A DNA stretch of 64,000 nucleotides, taken from contig NIVC01000751.1 of the NCBI GenBank assembly GCA_002269645.1, forward strand, positions 1-64,000. The letters run 5' to 3'. The stretch's first letter is position 1. Each line of letters opens with the position of its first letter. The position numbers and the translations under genes were made by a program. The notes beneath the pieces are model-generated. The model had not been told where the DNA came from. It worked only from the letters and a program-made list of their open reading frames with translations, and did no database searches. Below, in pieces: positions 1 to 12,222 of this stretch. The stretch comes from Macrostomum lignano. Its lineage: Eukaryota.

Positions 1-350
1 CGTCACTCGCCGAGGTATTTATTTGAAGCCGAAAGTCTATAATTAAATACCGATCGGTGCACCTTTCCTCTTGCGAGCATGGGAGCTCAGGGAATCATTA
101 ATCTGCGAGTACTGAGCTGTTTAAAATTCTGTTTTATATAAGTTGCGAACCGGTTGACTAAGCTTCATTTATACAACCAGGAGTATTTCAATTGATTTCT
201 AATTTCGCTACAAGTTCTGTAGAGCTTCTGTTTAAATCAATCACAGATTAATATGGGGTCCATGCAGAAATTTGCATATTTGTCTGCAAAATCAATTAAA
301 TATTTGCAGCTGAGTGACTCGGGCGTGCACGATGGATTTGAATGCCTGCC

Positions 351-490
<140 letters not shown>

Positions 491-714
491 GCTATTCCAA
501 ACTTATGAAAATTATATTTACAAACATAATACTAACAAGTTAGGAAAATTACCCCCTCCAGAACAGCCAAAAATGCATATTACAAAGTGGTTAAGCTTCG
601 ATTAAATTGCTGAACTAGTGCATTGCAGCATCAAAAAAGATCCCATCGAAGACCATAATCCTTAGAAAAATGAATAAAAGTGAATAATTTCCAACGCCAT
701 GCCGGGCAACTCAC

Positions 715-1097
715 CTGCAATAGACAGGTACCGCTTGGACACAAACTTCGACTCAAGCTCCATCAGCTGTTGAGTTGTGAATGGAGTTCTGGGCTTCCTA
801 TTGGCTTTGTGCTTTCGCAGCGGGCACCGCTGCTGTGTTGCTGCAGCCGCCGCCGCCGCCGCCGCCAAAGGCGCTGAGCATGGAAGCCAAACTTGGCCTT
901 TGCTGTGTCGTCTGCTGCATCAACTGCATCCAAGAGGCAGAAGTGGAAATCTGCTGCTGCTGCTGCTGCACCGCAGGCGAAGAATCCGGTGCCGATGCAA
1001 GCAGGTCATCGATGCCAAACGACGTGAACCGTTTTCCACTGCTGTCCATCGCTTGATTGCCTTCTTCAACTGTTCTGTGCAGGCTCATGGAGTACAC
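715..1097 (-). CDS. msx: Msx/msh homeobox gene, 5' coding part (eh1 motif, WMQ motif, first half of homeodomain); remaining exon probably beyond the left edge; one frame break near 800-925
   Basis: ORF 798-1097 has eh1-like [10 protein letters not shown] and SWMQ. ORF 662-868 has [37 protein letters not shown], the Msx homeodomain start. Donor G|GTGAGT at 715/714. The two ORFs differ by one frame. Confidence 0.88.
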
Positions 1098-1599
1098 CTG
1101 AGCAGAGAGAAGCTCCTCTTTAATAAGAAGACTCTGGGCTGCTTCGTATTGGGGTGGGGGAATTTATTGGCTGGGCGGCCTGTCGTGGAAAAGGAATTAA
1201 GGCGCTACTTCCGCAATTTATATTCCAAAACTGACTCACGCCGTAGCGCGGGGGCTGTTGAGCTCGTCAAAAATCTTTTGAGCAGTATATTTTTTCTATA
1301 ACTCAACTCTGACTTCAATAGCGCGGGCTGCTATTGTAACTTAATGGTTTAATTTGTGCTTTTCTTTATCTGGTCTTGACGGGGACCTTGACGAATTGGC
1401 ACAGGTTATTAAAATGCCGCCAATTTACCTGACACCCTATTGTTGCGGCTGCGAAAGTAGAGATTATCTCGATATTAAAATATGAACGATGGAGGCCGCA
1501 GAAATTTTTATTGGCGGACTGCTTTCCGGACTTGGCGGGCTTCGGGGCTGAGAGGAAATTAGCTATTTTCTGGGAGACGGGTCACCACTTTATTCAGCT

Positions 1600-1770
1600 T
1601 CCTGCATGGAGCCGAGATCAACAAAAAATCTTAGCCCATTGGCCCGCTATCTGACCGGGGGGAGCGGTGAACGTCATCTCATTGGCTGGTAAGCCGGGGG
1701 CCAGCCTCCGGTTCAGGGACGTCTAAAAATAGCACACAGCTGGACTAGAAAGCCAATATTTTTTCTTAGA
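1600..1770 (-). promoter_or_regulatory. Possible Msx proximal promoter (CCAAT boxes, GC-rich)
   Basis: ATTGG at ~1639 and ~1681, CCAAT at ~1753, in a CpG-containing patch upstream of Msx; no TSS evidence. Confidence 0.25.
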
Positions 1771-2179
1771 AATGCTCTAGAGAACATCCATTAGACTAAA
1801 TTCGGAGAAATTTGCGAAATCTGTCGGGCTATGCAGTTTGAAATAGAATTTATGAGACGCTGGTGACAATAGGTATATAGAGAACTCTCCAAAGCCAAGT
1901 CACTTTTACAACAGCTTCAAATGGTTATCAAAGACATGACGCAACCCAGAATGCAACTGCCTCGAGGCTTCATAATGACAATACAATACCGTTGAAAGCT
2001 ACGCTCGTAATAAACTGTAGGCTGTGATGTTTGCTTGTCTGAATCAATTTCACGAGTGTTTGCGTGTAAATTAACAAAAAATGGACTAGAAGAACATATG
2101 CTGCCTTCATTTGACTGCCAGCCATTTAGAATAAGGTTAGGGGTTTACATGTACAAATAGAAGTATTGCATGGCGCCAT

Positions 2180-2473
2180 AGTTATATAGACTAGCCATCA
2201 GAGCCCCCCGTTGGGGAGACAACAAAGGATGGAATAATTTTTTTTGAATAAACTACATGTAGCTTCTGACCGCTCAGTCTTAACATCCCAGCAATTCCCT
2301 CAGTGAGCCTTGACATCTCAGGCATTCCCCTCGTAAGCATTGACATCTCAGCAATTCCCTCCGTAAGCATTGACATCTCAGCAATTCCCTCCGTAAGCCT
2401 TGACATCTCAGCAATTCCCTCCGTAAGCATTGACATCTCAGCCAATCCCCTCATAAGCCTTGACATCTCAGCA
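2180..2473. repeat. Dispersed repeat with 30-bp tandem units (TGACATCTCAGCAATTCCCTCCGTAAGCAT); inverted homologue at ~34135-34345
   Basis: About 6 units at 2300-2473. Flank ctagccatcagagccccccgttggggag...aataaactacatgta matches the reverse complement of 34265-34340. Confidence 0.8.
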
Positions 2474-3248
2474 ATCTTTAATCGTTAATGTTTATACCAT
2501 GATGCTTTTTAATTTTTTAAATATGTTAAAGTTTGGCTAAAAGGAAGCTGCAGTAGCGAGTACAAGAGGAACCACATTTATAGAGGGGCTCTCGTGGGGC
2601 GCCTTCTCGTGGGGGCGCCAGAAAAGTGGGAAATCTGCGCCATATTTTTCCCAGCCGCGGCCCCTCCAGGCCAGTTGCTATTGCTACACACCAGATCTTT
2701 TGTTTACAGTCTCCTTGACTCAGTTAATGCTCCTTAATGCCCCCAATGAACAGGAAAGAAGGCCTGCAGGGCTGATGAAGGGGTAGGGAGAGAGTCTGGA
2801 AAGACGCTATAGGGCTTCTACGTTCGATAGGTAGGCTGGGGGGCGGCACACCGTTATGCTAATTGCTAACGGAACTGTCTCGCTTTTTATTCTGGCTTTT
2901 TATTGCCAGAGTGAGTCGACTTATTCGTATATGATGCGTGCGTCTTTTGCTATATAGCTCGTACAGTTGATAGAAGAATAGAATAGACGCCAGTGATTGT
3001 GCTCAATGGGTAAATTGTGCTGAGCCCTATGTGCTGTGCTCATGCAAGCTTAGCCTAAAATACGAGCTAAGTCACGTCACCATGTAGGGATTTGAGCACA
3101 GGCCGGGAGGCATGGAATGTGACACTCCCTCAAATATGGGGCCCATGCAGGCCAGTACGTTTAAAAGAACAGCTTCACATGAGGTGGACGGAGAAATCTT
3201 GCCATCTGTAGGTACAAATTTTCTGCATGTCCATGTCGTCCACTCTTG

Positions 3249-3638
3249 GGGTTGCTTTCCCAAGCTCGAAATTTCACAACCTCGAAAAGCACTTCCTTTC
3301 ACAAACCCGAAACTTCACAAGCTCGAAATTTCACAACCTCGAAACCAGTTACTTTCATAAGCTCGAAATTTCACAACCTCGAAAACCATTTTAGCAGCCA
3401 CTTTCACAAACTCGAAACTTCATAAGCTCGAAATTTCATATCCTCGAAAATTTTAGCAGGCGACTTCACAAGCTGCTAAAAACAGTTTTCGAGGTTGTGA
3501 AATTTCGAGCTTGTGAAGTTTCGGGTTTGTGAAAGGAAGTGCTTTTCGAGGTTGTGAAATTTCGAGCTTGTGAAGTTTCGGGTTTGTGAAAGGAAGTGCT
3601 TTTCGAGGTTGTGAAATTTCGAGCTTGTAAAGCGACCC
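3249..3638. mobile_element. Foldback/Mutator-like non-autonomous element with modular TIRs and a 9-bp TSD
   Basis: Termini GGGTTGCTTT / AAAGCGACCC. Identical CCACTCTTG at 3240-3248 and 3639-3647. Left half has repeats of AAGCTCGAAATTTCACAACCTCG; right half is the reverse complement. Confidence 0.85.
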
Positions 3639-4492
3639 CCACTCTTGTGACGCAGAAAAGTTATTTTACTTCAATAGTTCTTACTGACACAAAGTACTCG
3701 TATCTATAGAGATACCTGGTAATAATGAGAAATATGAGAAAGAGAGAAATGAGAGTGAGAGATGAAAAAGTTGAGAAATAGAGAGATGAGAAAGAAAAAG
3801 ATAAGAAATATTCCAACTATTGCTGATTGCTGTTATAATGGAATCGCGCGAGGTGTTCCAGCATTTGTCACATCACATATTATGCGCACAACAACTAATG
3901 GCAAAGCGAGGCGGAGGGTCACACGGGCACACAAAGCAGCGATTCTACGTTGGGAGTGCCTTCGCATTTTGAGTGTCCTCTAATTAGCTGTTGAGAATAA
4001 AATACAGCTTTATACTAAATTTTGTCTAGTCTAGAAAATAGAATTTAAGATCTAAATCTTATCAAACTTACAGATAACTTAGACAAGATGAGCAATAAAT
4101 AATGTACTTAAGACACGCTCCATGCGCTGCTAACCGCAATGAGCTTGAGAAAGCCAGGGAGTACTAGAAAAGAAAAATGAGATCTGGATTGGACAGCTAA
4201 ATTCAGTTGATTTTTGTATATTTTTTCTAAAACTTAAGCCAGGGACCACTGAAATTTCCTCCCATTCACCTGTACCCGGTTAGCCTTAAAGTTTTAAAGA
4301 AAACGTCACGTATAATCAGTTAGAGGAGAGCTCCGTTTCCAGTCCAGACGTCTAGCCTGAATAGTCCATGGCCCAGAATTCAACGTCCACCGCATCGGTG
4401 TAGGAAACTGGGCCAGTGCGTTCACACAATAGAATTTTGTAATTATTTAATTAATATTCCAATTATAAGCACAGATGCTACGAGCGTACAAT

Positions 4493-5469
4493 CAGGCGCG
4501 TCGCCACGAGGGTGGGACAGGGGAAATGCCCCCTCCAGTAAAAACTATGGGGGGACATGCCACCCCCACCTTGTGATACATCGTGGTAATCAAATAACTT
4601 TTCTTCAGGGCGCCAGAATATAGCGCCTTCGGCGTCAAAATGAGTGCCTGCGGCGCCAAAATGAGTGCCTTCGGCGCTAAAATGAGTGCCTGCGGCGCTA
4701 AAATGAGTGCCTTCGGCGCCAAAATGAGTGCCTGCGGCGCCAAAATGAGTGCCTTCGGCGCTAAAATGAGTGCCTGCGGCGCTAAAATGAGTGCCTTCGG
4801 CGCTAAAATGAGTGCCTGCGGCGCTAAAATGAGTGCCTGCGGCGCCAAAATGAGTGCCTTCGGCGCTAAAATGAGTGCCTGCGGCGCCAAAATGAGTGCC
4901 TTCGGCGCTAAAATGAGTGCCTGCGGCGCCAAAATGAGTGCCTTCGGCGCTAAAATGAGTGCCTGCGGCGCTAAAATGAGTGCCTTCGGCGCTAAAATGA
5001 GTGCTTGCGGCGCCAAAATGAGTGCCTTCGGCGCTAAAATGAGTGCCTGCGGCGCTAAAATGAGTGCCTTCGGCGCTAAAATGATTGCCTGCGGCGCTAA
5101 AATGAGTGCCTTCGGCGCCAAAATGAGTGCCTGCGGCGCTAAAATGAGTGCCTGCGGCGCTAAAATGAGTGCCTTCGGCGCCAAAATGAGTGCCTGCGGC
5201 GCCAAAATGAGTGCCTGCGGCGCTAAAATGAGTGCCTTCGGCGCCAAAATGAGTGCCTGCGGCGCTAAAATGAGTGCCTGCGGCGCCAAAATGAGTGCCT
5301 GCGGCGCTAAAATGAGTGCCTTCGGCGCCAAAATGAGTGCCTGCGGCGCTAAAATGAGCGCTGACAACACCGATTCTCAAAATAATGGAAATGTAGAAGT
5401 TTAGTCATGTACATGTTGAATTCTTGGTTTTGTACCCCCCCCCACCATCAAATCCATGGCGACGCCCTA
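4493..5469. mobile_element. MITE-like element containing an expanded 21-bp minisatellite (~34 copies, 4636-5360)
   Basis: Imperfect TIRs CAGGCGCGTCGCCACG / CATGGCGACGCCCTAG. Unit AAAATGAGTGCCTKCGGCGCY. Same internal module at 31183-31330. Confidence 0.65.
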
Positions 5470-5929
5470 GCTATAATGATGATAACTAAATGGGGCCAAC
5501 CGGTACAGTATGTGCGTGCATACTACTATCAGTTCAGTAGAAAGATAACAGAAGAATTTTAATATTGCGCAGTAAAGACAAAAATGCTCAATAAATTTAT
5601 CGAGTCTATGATCAGAATCTCTTGCAGGTGGGTTTCTATCGCCATTTTAACTGCCGTTTTTTAAATAGCCCGTATATTCTTTCTGTCTACTGAACTGGAA
5701 AGTAGAAAACTAGAAAGTAAAAAACAATAGATGGGCCACTCCATTTCGCTTTTGATTACGAGACTACTATGAGCGTCTATTTAGAGTTTTTTCTTATAAA
5801 TTTTCTTATAGTTTTTGTCTGTGGCTCAAACCACAGGATCAACTTTGTTTGAGACTCGCTCAGAATTTTACGCTAGTTATTCTGTAAAGCAATTTAGCCT
5901 ACATTTATAGATGAAATCCGACAGAAAAT

Positions 5930-6927
5930 ATGAGTCTGAATTTGTCTGGCGACTACGAGGATCCCAACGGCGATCGGCGACTGCCGACAACTGGCCAGCT
6001 TCGCATCCAGCTGTCCATGCTGGGCGACCATGTCTGGGCGTCGGACACCTCCTACGACGATTTGTTCACCGAAGACGCCTGGAAACAGAGGCTTTTCCGC
6101 CGGTACAGACAGGCTGCTGGCCTGAGCCCTCTGAACTGCGTTCGGCACTACTCTTACCTGGCGCACTTGCAGCGGCTGCAGCGAAAGATGGAGGAATCTT
6201 TGAAGCCCCATCGAAGCTTGGAGGCTCGGGTTAAGGTGAACGGAATGGAGCGATTTACAGGGGCAGCAGGTGTTCGCTTGGCTGTCTCTTCTGACTTCTG
6301 CTGGACTTCTGACTCAGAGGGATTTCCGAGTGTGACATCGGTGATTCTAGAGTGGGACATATATTGTTTAGGTGAATTTTAGTCTGACACATGTAGCTCT
6401 AGAGTCTGACACATGTAGCTCTAGAGTCTGACACATGTAGCTCTAGAGTCTGACACATGTAGCTCTAGAGTCTGACACATGTAGCTCTAGAGTCTGACAC
6501 ATGTCGCTCTAGAGTCTGACACATGTAGCTCTAGAGTCTGACGCATGTAGCTCTAGAGTCTGACACATGTAGATCTAGAGTCTGACACATGTAGCTCTAG
6601 AGTCTGACACATGTAGATCTAGAGTCTGACACATGTAGCTCTAGAGTCTGACACGGGTGGTTTCGAAGTCTGACGCGGGCAGCTAGACAACAAGTACACG
6701 CGCACCAACAGGGTATGAAAGAAGCTGTTCAAGAGGCCCCGAAGTCCGCATTCGACTCCATCCAAGAGCCAAAACGCCGGCAGCTGGCCGAAAAGTGCAA
6801 CGCTACTCTTCGATGGTTGGCTGAGAAAGAGAGAAATCCTGCCAGCCCGGATGAGTACCGCCGCATGGAGAATGATCTCAACTCGGCTTTTCAGGAGGCG
6901 TTCAAGCGGCGATTCACTCTCGCGTGA
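5930..6927 (+). CDS. Hypothetical 228-aa protein: uncharacterised N-terminal domain plus Hsp70 C-terminal helical-lid-like domain; exons 5930-6371 and 6683-6927
   Basis: Phase-1 donor G|GTGAAT (6372) matches phase-1 acceptor CAG (6682). Exon 2 reads ARQQVHAHQQGMKEAV...LAEKCNATLRWL...EYRRMENDL, which patterns like the Hsp70 lid (AKNxLESYxxxMK...KCxExxxWL...EFxxxxKEL). May have further 5' exons. Confidence 0.6.
6383..6653. repeat. 22-bp intronic minisatellite (GTCTGACACATGTAGCTCTAGA)
   Basis: About 12 copies filling the intron. Confidence 0.95.
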
Positions 6928-7059
6928 TCTGACGCCAATGCCAAACTGCTGGACTGCACGGCCGGGGCAGCACTGATCTGGTCTAGTGAGCCTTGGCGGA
7001 CCTGATTGGGCCTGACTAACAGGATTTAAAATCTCTGTCTTTTCGATCCTCTACTTCTC

Positions 7060-8030
7060 TGCCTCCATCTCTTCTCACTCTCTCCCTTCATCTCTTCTCA
7101 CTCTCTTCCTTCATCCTTTCTTAAACTCTCCCTTCATCTCTTCTCACTCTCTTCCTTCATCCCTTCTTAAACTCTCCCTTCATCTCATCTCACTCTCTTC
7201 CTTCATCCCTTCTTAAACTCTCCCTTCATCTCGTCTCACTCTCTTCCTTCATCCCTTCTTAAACTCTCCCTTCATCTCTTCTCACTCTCTTCCTTCATCT
7301 CTTCTCACTCTCTTCCTTCATCCCTTCTTAAACTCTCCCTTCATCTCGTCTCACTCTCTTCCTTCATCTCTTCTCACTCTCTTCCTTCATCCCTTCTTAA
7401 CCTCTCCCTTCATCTCTTCTCACTCTCTTCCTTCATCTCTTCTCACTCTCTTCCTTCATCCCTTCTTAACCTCTTCCTTCATCTCGTCTCACTCTCTTCC
7501 TTCATCCCTTCTTAAACTCTCCCTTCATCTCTTCTCACTCTCTTCCTTCATCTCTTCTCACTCTCTTCCTTCATCTCTTCTCACTCTCTTCCTTCATCTC
7601 TTCTCACTCTCTTCCTTCATCTCTTCTCACTCTCTTCCTTCATCCCTTCTTAAACTCTCCCTTCATCTCTAGTCGTTCTCTCTCTCACATCTCTTCTCAC
7701 TCTCTTCCTTCATCTCTTCTCACTCTCTTCCTTCATCTCTTCTCACTCTCTTCCTTCATCCCTTCTTAAACTCTCCCTTCATCTCTAGTCGTTCTCTCTC
7801 TCACATCTCTTCTCACTCTCTTCTTTCATCCCTTCTTAACCTCTCCCTTCATCTCTTCTCACTCTCTTCCTCCATCCCCTCTTAAACTCTCCCTTCATCT
7901 CTTCTGAATCTCTCTCTTCGTGTCTTCTAACTCTCTCCCTGTATTTATTCTCATTCTCTACCTCCAACTCTTCTCACTCTCTTCCTTCATCGCTTCTCAC
8001 TCTCTGTCTCCATCTCTTCTCATCATCTGT
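7060..8030. repeat. Pyrimidine-only tandem array (CTCTTCTCACTCTCTTCCTTCAT variants)
   Basis: Direct reading; + strand almost G-free. Confidence 0.9.
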
Positions 8031-8324
8031 ATTTCGTTTTGCGAGTGAACCCACTTTAAGTTTAGCCCAACTAAAGCCCTACTCCTATATAGATATAGCA
8101 GTCTTGTCTCGCTGCTTCATTCTTGTAACCTCGGAAACTTGTCAATACTCTCAGTAGTTAACATTATTACAAGAAAAAATTCAGCAATACGTGTTGGAAC
8201 TTTATTGACATTTTCTGACAATGCACTTAATAAACACGCAGTTTTGATTATCAGGAGGTACCAGAATTTCGAAGGAACAACAAATGTTTATAATTTTTCT
8301 TCAAACTTAATTCTTTCAACACCC

Positions 8325-9000
8325 TCAACACCCGCCACACCCTCCCCAACCACAACACCATCCTCAAAAGCCACACCCTTCCCCAACCGTCACACACTCC
8401 CCAACCCCCACACCCTAACCAACCGCCACACCCTCCCCAACCGCCACACCCTCCCGAACAGCCACAACCTCCCAACCGCGACACCCTCCCCAACTGCCAC
8501 ACCCTCCCGAACAGCCACAACCTCCCCAACCGCGATACCCTCTCCAACCGCCACACACTCCCCAACCCCCACACCCTAACCAACCGCCACACCCTCCCCA
8601 ACTGCCACACCCTCCCCAACCGCGATACCCTCTCCAACCGCCACACACTCCCCAACCCTCACACCCTAACCAACCGCCACACCCTCCCCAACTGCCACAC
8701 CCTCCCCAACCGCGATACCCTCTCCAACCGCCACACACTCCCCAACCCCCACACCCTCCCCAGCCGCGACACCCTCCCCAACTGCCACACCCTCCCCAAA
8801 AGCCACACCCTCCCCAACCGCCACACACTCCCCAGCCGCCACACCCTCCCAACCGCCACACACTCCCCAGCCGCCACACCCTCCCCAACCGCCACACACT
8901 CCCCAGCCGCCACACCCTCCCCAACCGCCACACACTCCCCAACCGCCACAAACTCCCCAGCCGCCACACCCTCCCCAACCGCCACACCCTCCCCAACAGC
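8325..9000. repeat. 18-bp C/A-rich minisatellite (CCAACCGCCACACCCTCC)
   Basis: Direct reading; explains ORFs 8139-9068. Confidence 0.9.
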
Positions 9001-9439
9001 CACAGCTTCCATGCTGTAATTAAAATTTGCCAATCCATTAAGCCGCAACCCCCTGCGAGCCAATACAATAAAGTAAATATTAATTTAATTAATTAAGTAA
9101 CAATCAACTCAAGTGTGAGGTGAGCTAGTACTCGATCTGCCAAGTATCAAATCTAGTTGAGCGTATGGGACGATAATGGATGAGCCTTCAGATATTTTTC
9201 GAGCCTGGATACATGATAGATGGATCTCAATCTACGAAGTAATGTCTCCCATTTAGAAATTTTCCAATATTTACTTAGACAACTGGGGCTTTCAACTCTT
9301 CATACTGTAGCTTAATCATCCCTAATTGTTTGTTGGGAAGTGGCACACCTGCGCAGCAGAGAGACCAGATCCTTAATTGCAAATGGATATATAAGTGGCA
9401 ACAAAAACATTCCGCATTGTCAGCAGCAGCTGCACAGAA

Positions 9440-10422
9440 ATGGGCGAGTGGAACACTTTGCCAGTGACTATTTCGCTGCTAAGCTTGGCAATCCTGCTCA
9501 ACATTCTCCTATTGGCGTTCGCGTTCCGTCATCGGATTGCGTCTAGATCGGCCACCTATCTGGTCCGCAGTCAGTCGGCAATTGACCTGCTAGTTGTTGT
9601 CACTAATCTGGTGTTTGTTCAGCTACAAGCGATACCAAAACCGGGCGCCGACGTCGCGGAAGTAACCGCCGGTTGGATTGCCTTCTGTCTCCTAGGCAAC
9701 CAGGGGACAATTCAAGTTTGGTATCTAATTATCTGCAGTATCTACAATAATCTGGCATTCTCGATTGAGCGCTGTCTGTGCATCTGCTGTCCGTTCTGGT
9801 GGAAGCGACACGAATGGACAGTTATGAAACTGTTCTACACGATGGTGTTTACAAGTGGTTTCTATGGTTACGTACCGGCCACGCTATTGTCCGCATGGCC
9901 ACAAGCGATTCCATTGGACTCCAACTACACATTGAAGATGGTTCAGAAGAGCTCATCAACAATGCAACCCTGCAGTCGCCGGCTCCAACGATTATAATAT
10001 GCGATTTTCGCAGTCAAGTGCCATCCACGCTGATCACCGTGCTGGTGTGGCTCTGCTGGGGCACGGTGATATTCCTGCCAGCAGTCTGTATGCTGTGCTG
10101 CTACGCCATCATCATTGTGCAGCTGAGACGATCGGCCGGATTGCAACCGAATGGATCAAAATCGGAAGCCGCATCGCGTCGATTAACGTTAATAATCGGC
10201 CTGACCGTAGTCGCGTTCATCGCGTTGAACATGCCAGATTCATGTAGCTCGATGCTGTGGTACGTAGATCCGATGGCGGCCGCGCGAATTAATCCCATGG
10301 CCGTGCTGTTTGTATTCCCGTTCTTGTCTGCCATCAACTCGCTAGTGAATCCGCTGATCTATTTGGCTTTTCAACGACAGTTTACGCAATTTGTGTTTCC
10401 GTGCTGCATTCGTGGGGACTAG
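9440..10422 (+). CDS. Class A (rhodopsin-like) 7TM GPCR with one frame break in extracellular loop 2
   Basis: ORF 9395-9997 carries TM1-4 (AILLNILL, SAIDLL, FSIERCLCICCPF = DRY-like). ORF 9778-10422 carries TM5-7 (FLPAVCMLCCY, AFIALNMP, NSLVNPLIY). First ATG at 9440. Confidence 0.85.
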
Positions 10423-12222
10423 AAGGAGGCCATTATATATATGCATGCATGCAATGGTAACAACTCATTCCTCATGTGTACTCGATCTCGATCATACATT
10501 TTCAAGCGTATTATCGAACGCCTGTGCATGCGCATGAACAACTACATGTGCACTTAACATGTATATGAATGTAAATCGGAATATAATAATATCGTGTATT
10601 ACATCTACTTGTGAATACAGTAATTGTAAGTTAGCAAAGCAATTTAACAGAAAGGTGCGCGCGATAATTCATTTAATTTTACTTCTGTAGCTATACTGTA
10701 TGTACAATTGCCATGATCAAAATAGCTCCTAGCTATGATAGTCAAAATTTCCTTATGCCCAGTAGATAAACCTTTTGTATCACAACAATGTATTTGTGTT
10801 GAAAAACCTTCATGCACGGAAACATATACACGTATACTGTACAAGCAGCTATACGCGGGTTATGATAAGTGTTACATGTACATCCATCATGCATGTACAG
10901 CGCGCGTGTATTAGTAATTTCGATATTTTCTTACAATTAATTTAGATAATATGCTATTCAACTATTTTATTTAAAATCTGTCACCCATTAGTGAGCTAGG
11001 TTCAACTTGGAATTATTTTGACTGGAATCATTCAGAGCAACTACTATTACCTGACGTTAAAAACACGAAAACATATCCGGCACCATTTGAATCGTGAAGA
11101 ATTTCCTAGAAATAAACTTCTTGTTTGTCATGATTGACTCAATTTTAGTGCTTTGAGATGATGATCTTGGTCTATTTCATAAACTTTCATGTAGCTATAT
11201 GAATTCGTAGTTACTAAATAACAAGATTATATTTCCCAGGAAAAAATTAATGTATTTAGAGCTAGACCTTTTGATACTTACTGTGTCCTGTGTGTTCTGT
11301 TCTGGTTTTGGATAGCCATAGGACAGCGATTGGTAGAGAGGAAACTAATCATTTTTTTATTTCAATATAATATATCTATACTCAGCATTCATTTTTCCCT
11401 TTGGGCACTAACCCAAAAATAGCGACTGCATTAGCAGAAATGTTATACTATTCAATATTTCAAAGACAAGTAACACTTAATAGCAATTTACATTGGAGAA
11501 AGAATGCTTTAACAAGAAACTTTCTACTTGATCATCGAATTTAGTATTGACCAAAGCCTTAGCCAAAGGCATATTGTTAACCTTATATTCTAGGGTGTAA
11601 AGTTGAAGGTGAAACTCTCTTTTGAAATTTATGATTTAACTTGATTAGACTATTTCATCTTACTGTCTTAGACTAGCTATATATATTGTGTATCCAAAGT
11701 TTCCAAAACCTATTTAGATTTTAGACATTTGGTTTATAGAAAGAAAATCTTTCCCCAAAATTATGACACAGCAAGCATTTTACATGCTTGCATGACAATT
11801 TACTAGTCATTTTATTTTTTAATATGCCAAACATTGAGATATATAAAACTAGATTGTATATAAGTGTATCATTTTTCAAATTATACTACTTAGATATTTA
11901 ATATATTGTATAGTATCTTTTTGATATAACAAAAAATTTTCATTCAAATAAAATATGACCTAAAATCTTTGTAATGTGAAAATCAATAATAAATGTAAAA
12001 TGACAAGAATGCATAGGATTAAAACAAAATATGTTCAAATTTCAAATATTTTTTTTGAAATATTTAGTTTTGCTATAGAAATATTAGTTGTAATCTTAGC
12101 TTAAACATTCAAAATATGTCTGCCAAGTGTAATTTAAAGAACATTTGACTCTGCTTACATTGTTTCTGCATAAAGTCTAGATCAGGTGGCAAATATTGAG
12201 CCTTCTTGTTAAATAAACTATC

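Noticed and set aside
240-290. Minus-strand TTTTGCAG acceptor as Msx exon 2
   Set aside because: Reads DKYANFC... then stops; lacks ERAEF...KIWFQNRR, so the true exon is probably outside the window
4478-5404. Long ORFs (250-300 aa) over the 21-bp array
   Set aside because: Open on both strands because the unit is a stop-free multiple of 3; no splice or codon support
6383-6653. Regular arrays resembling CRISPR
   Set aside because: Eukaryotic context, no unique spacers, no cas genes; this applies to all arrays in the window
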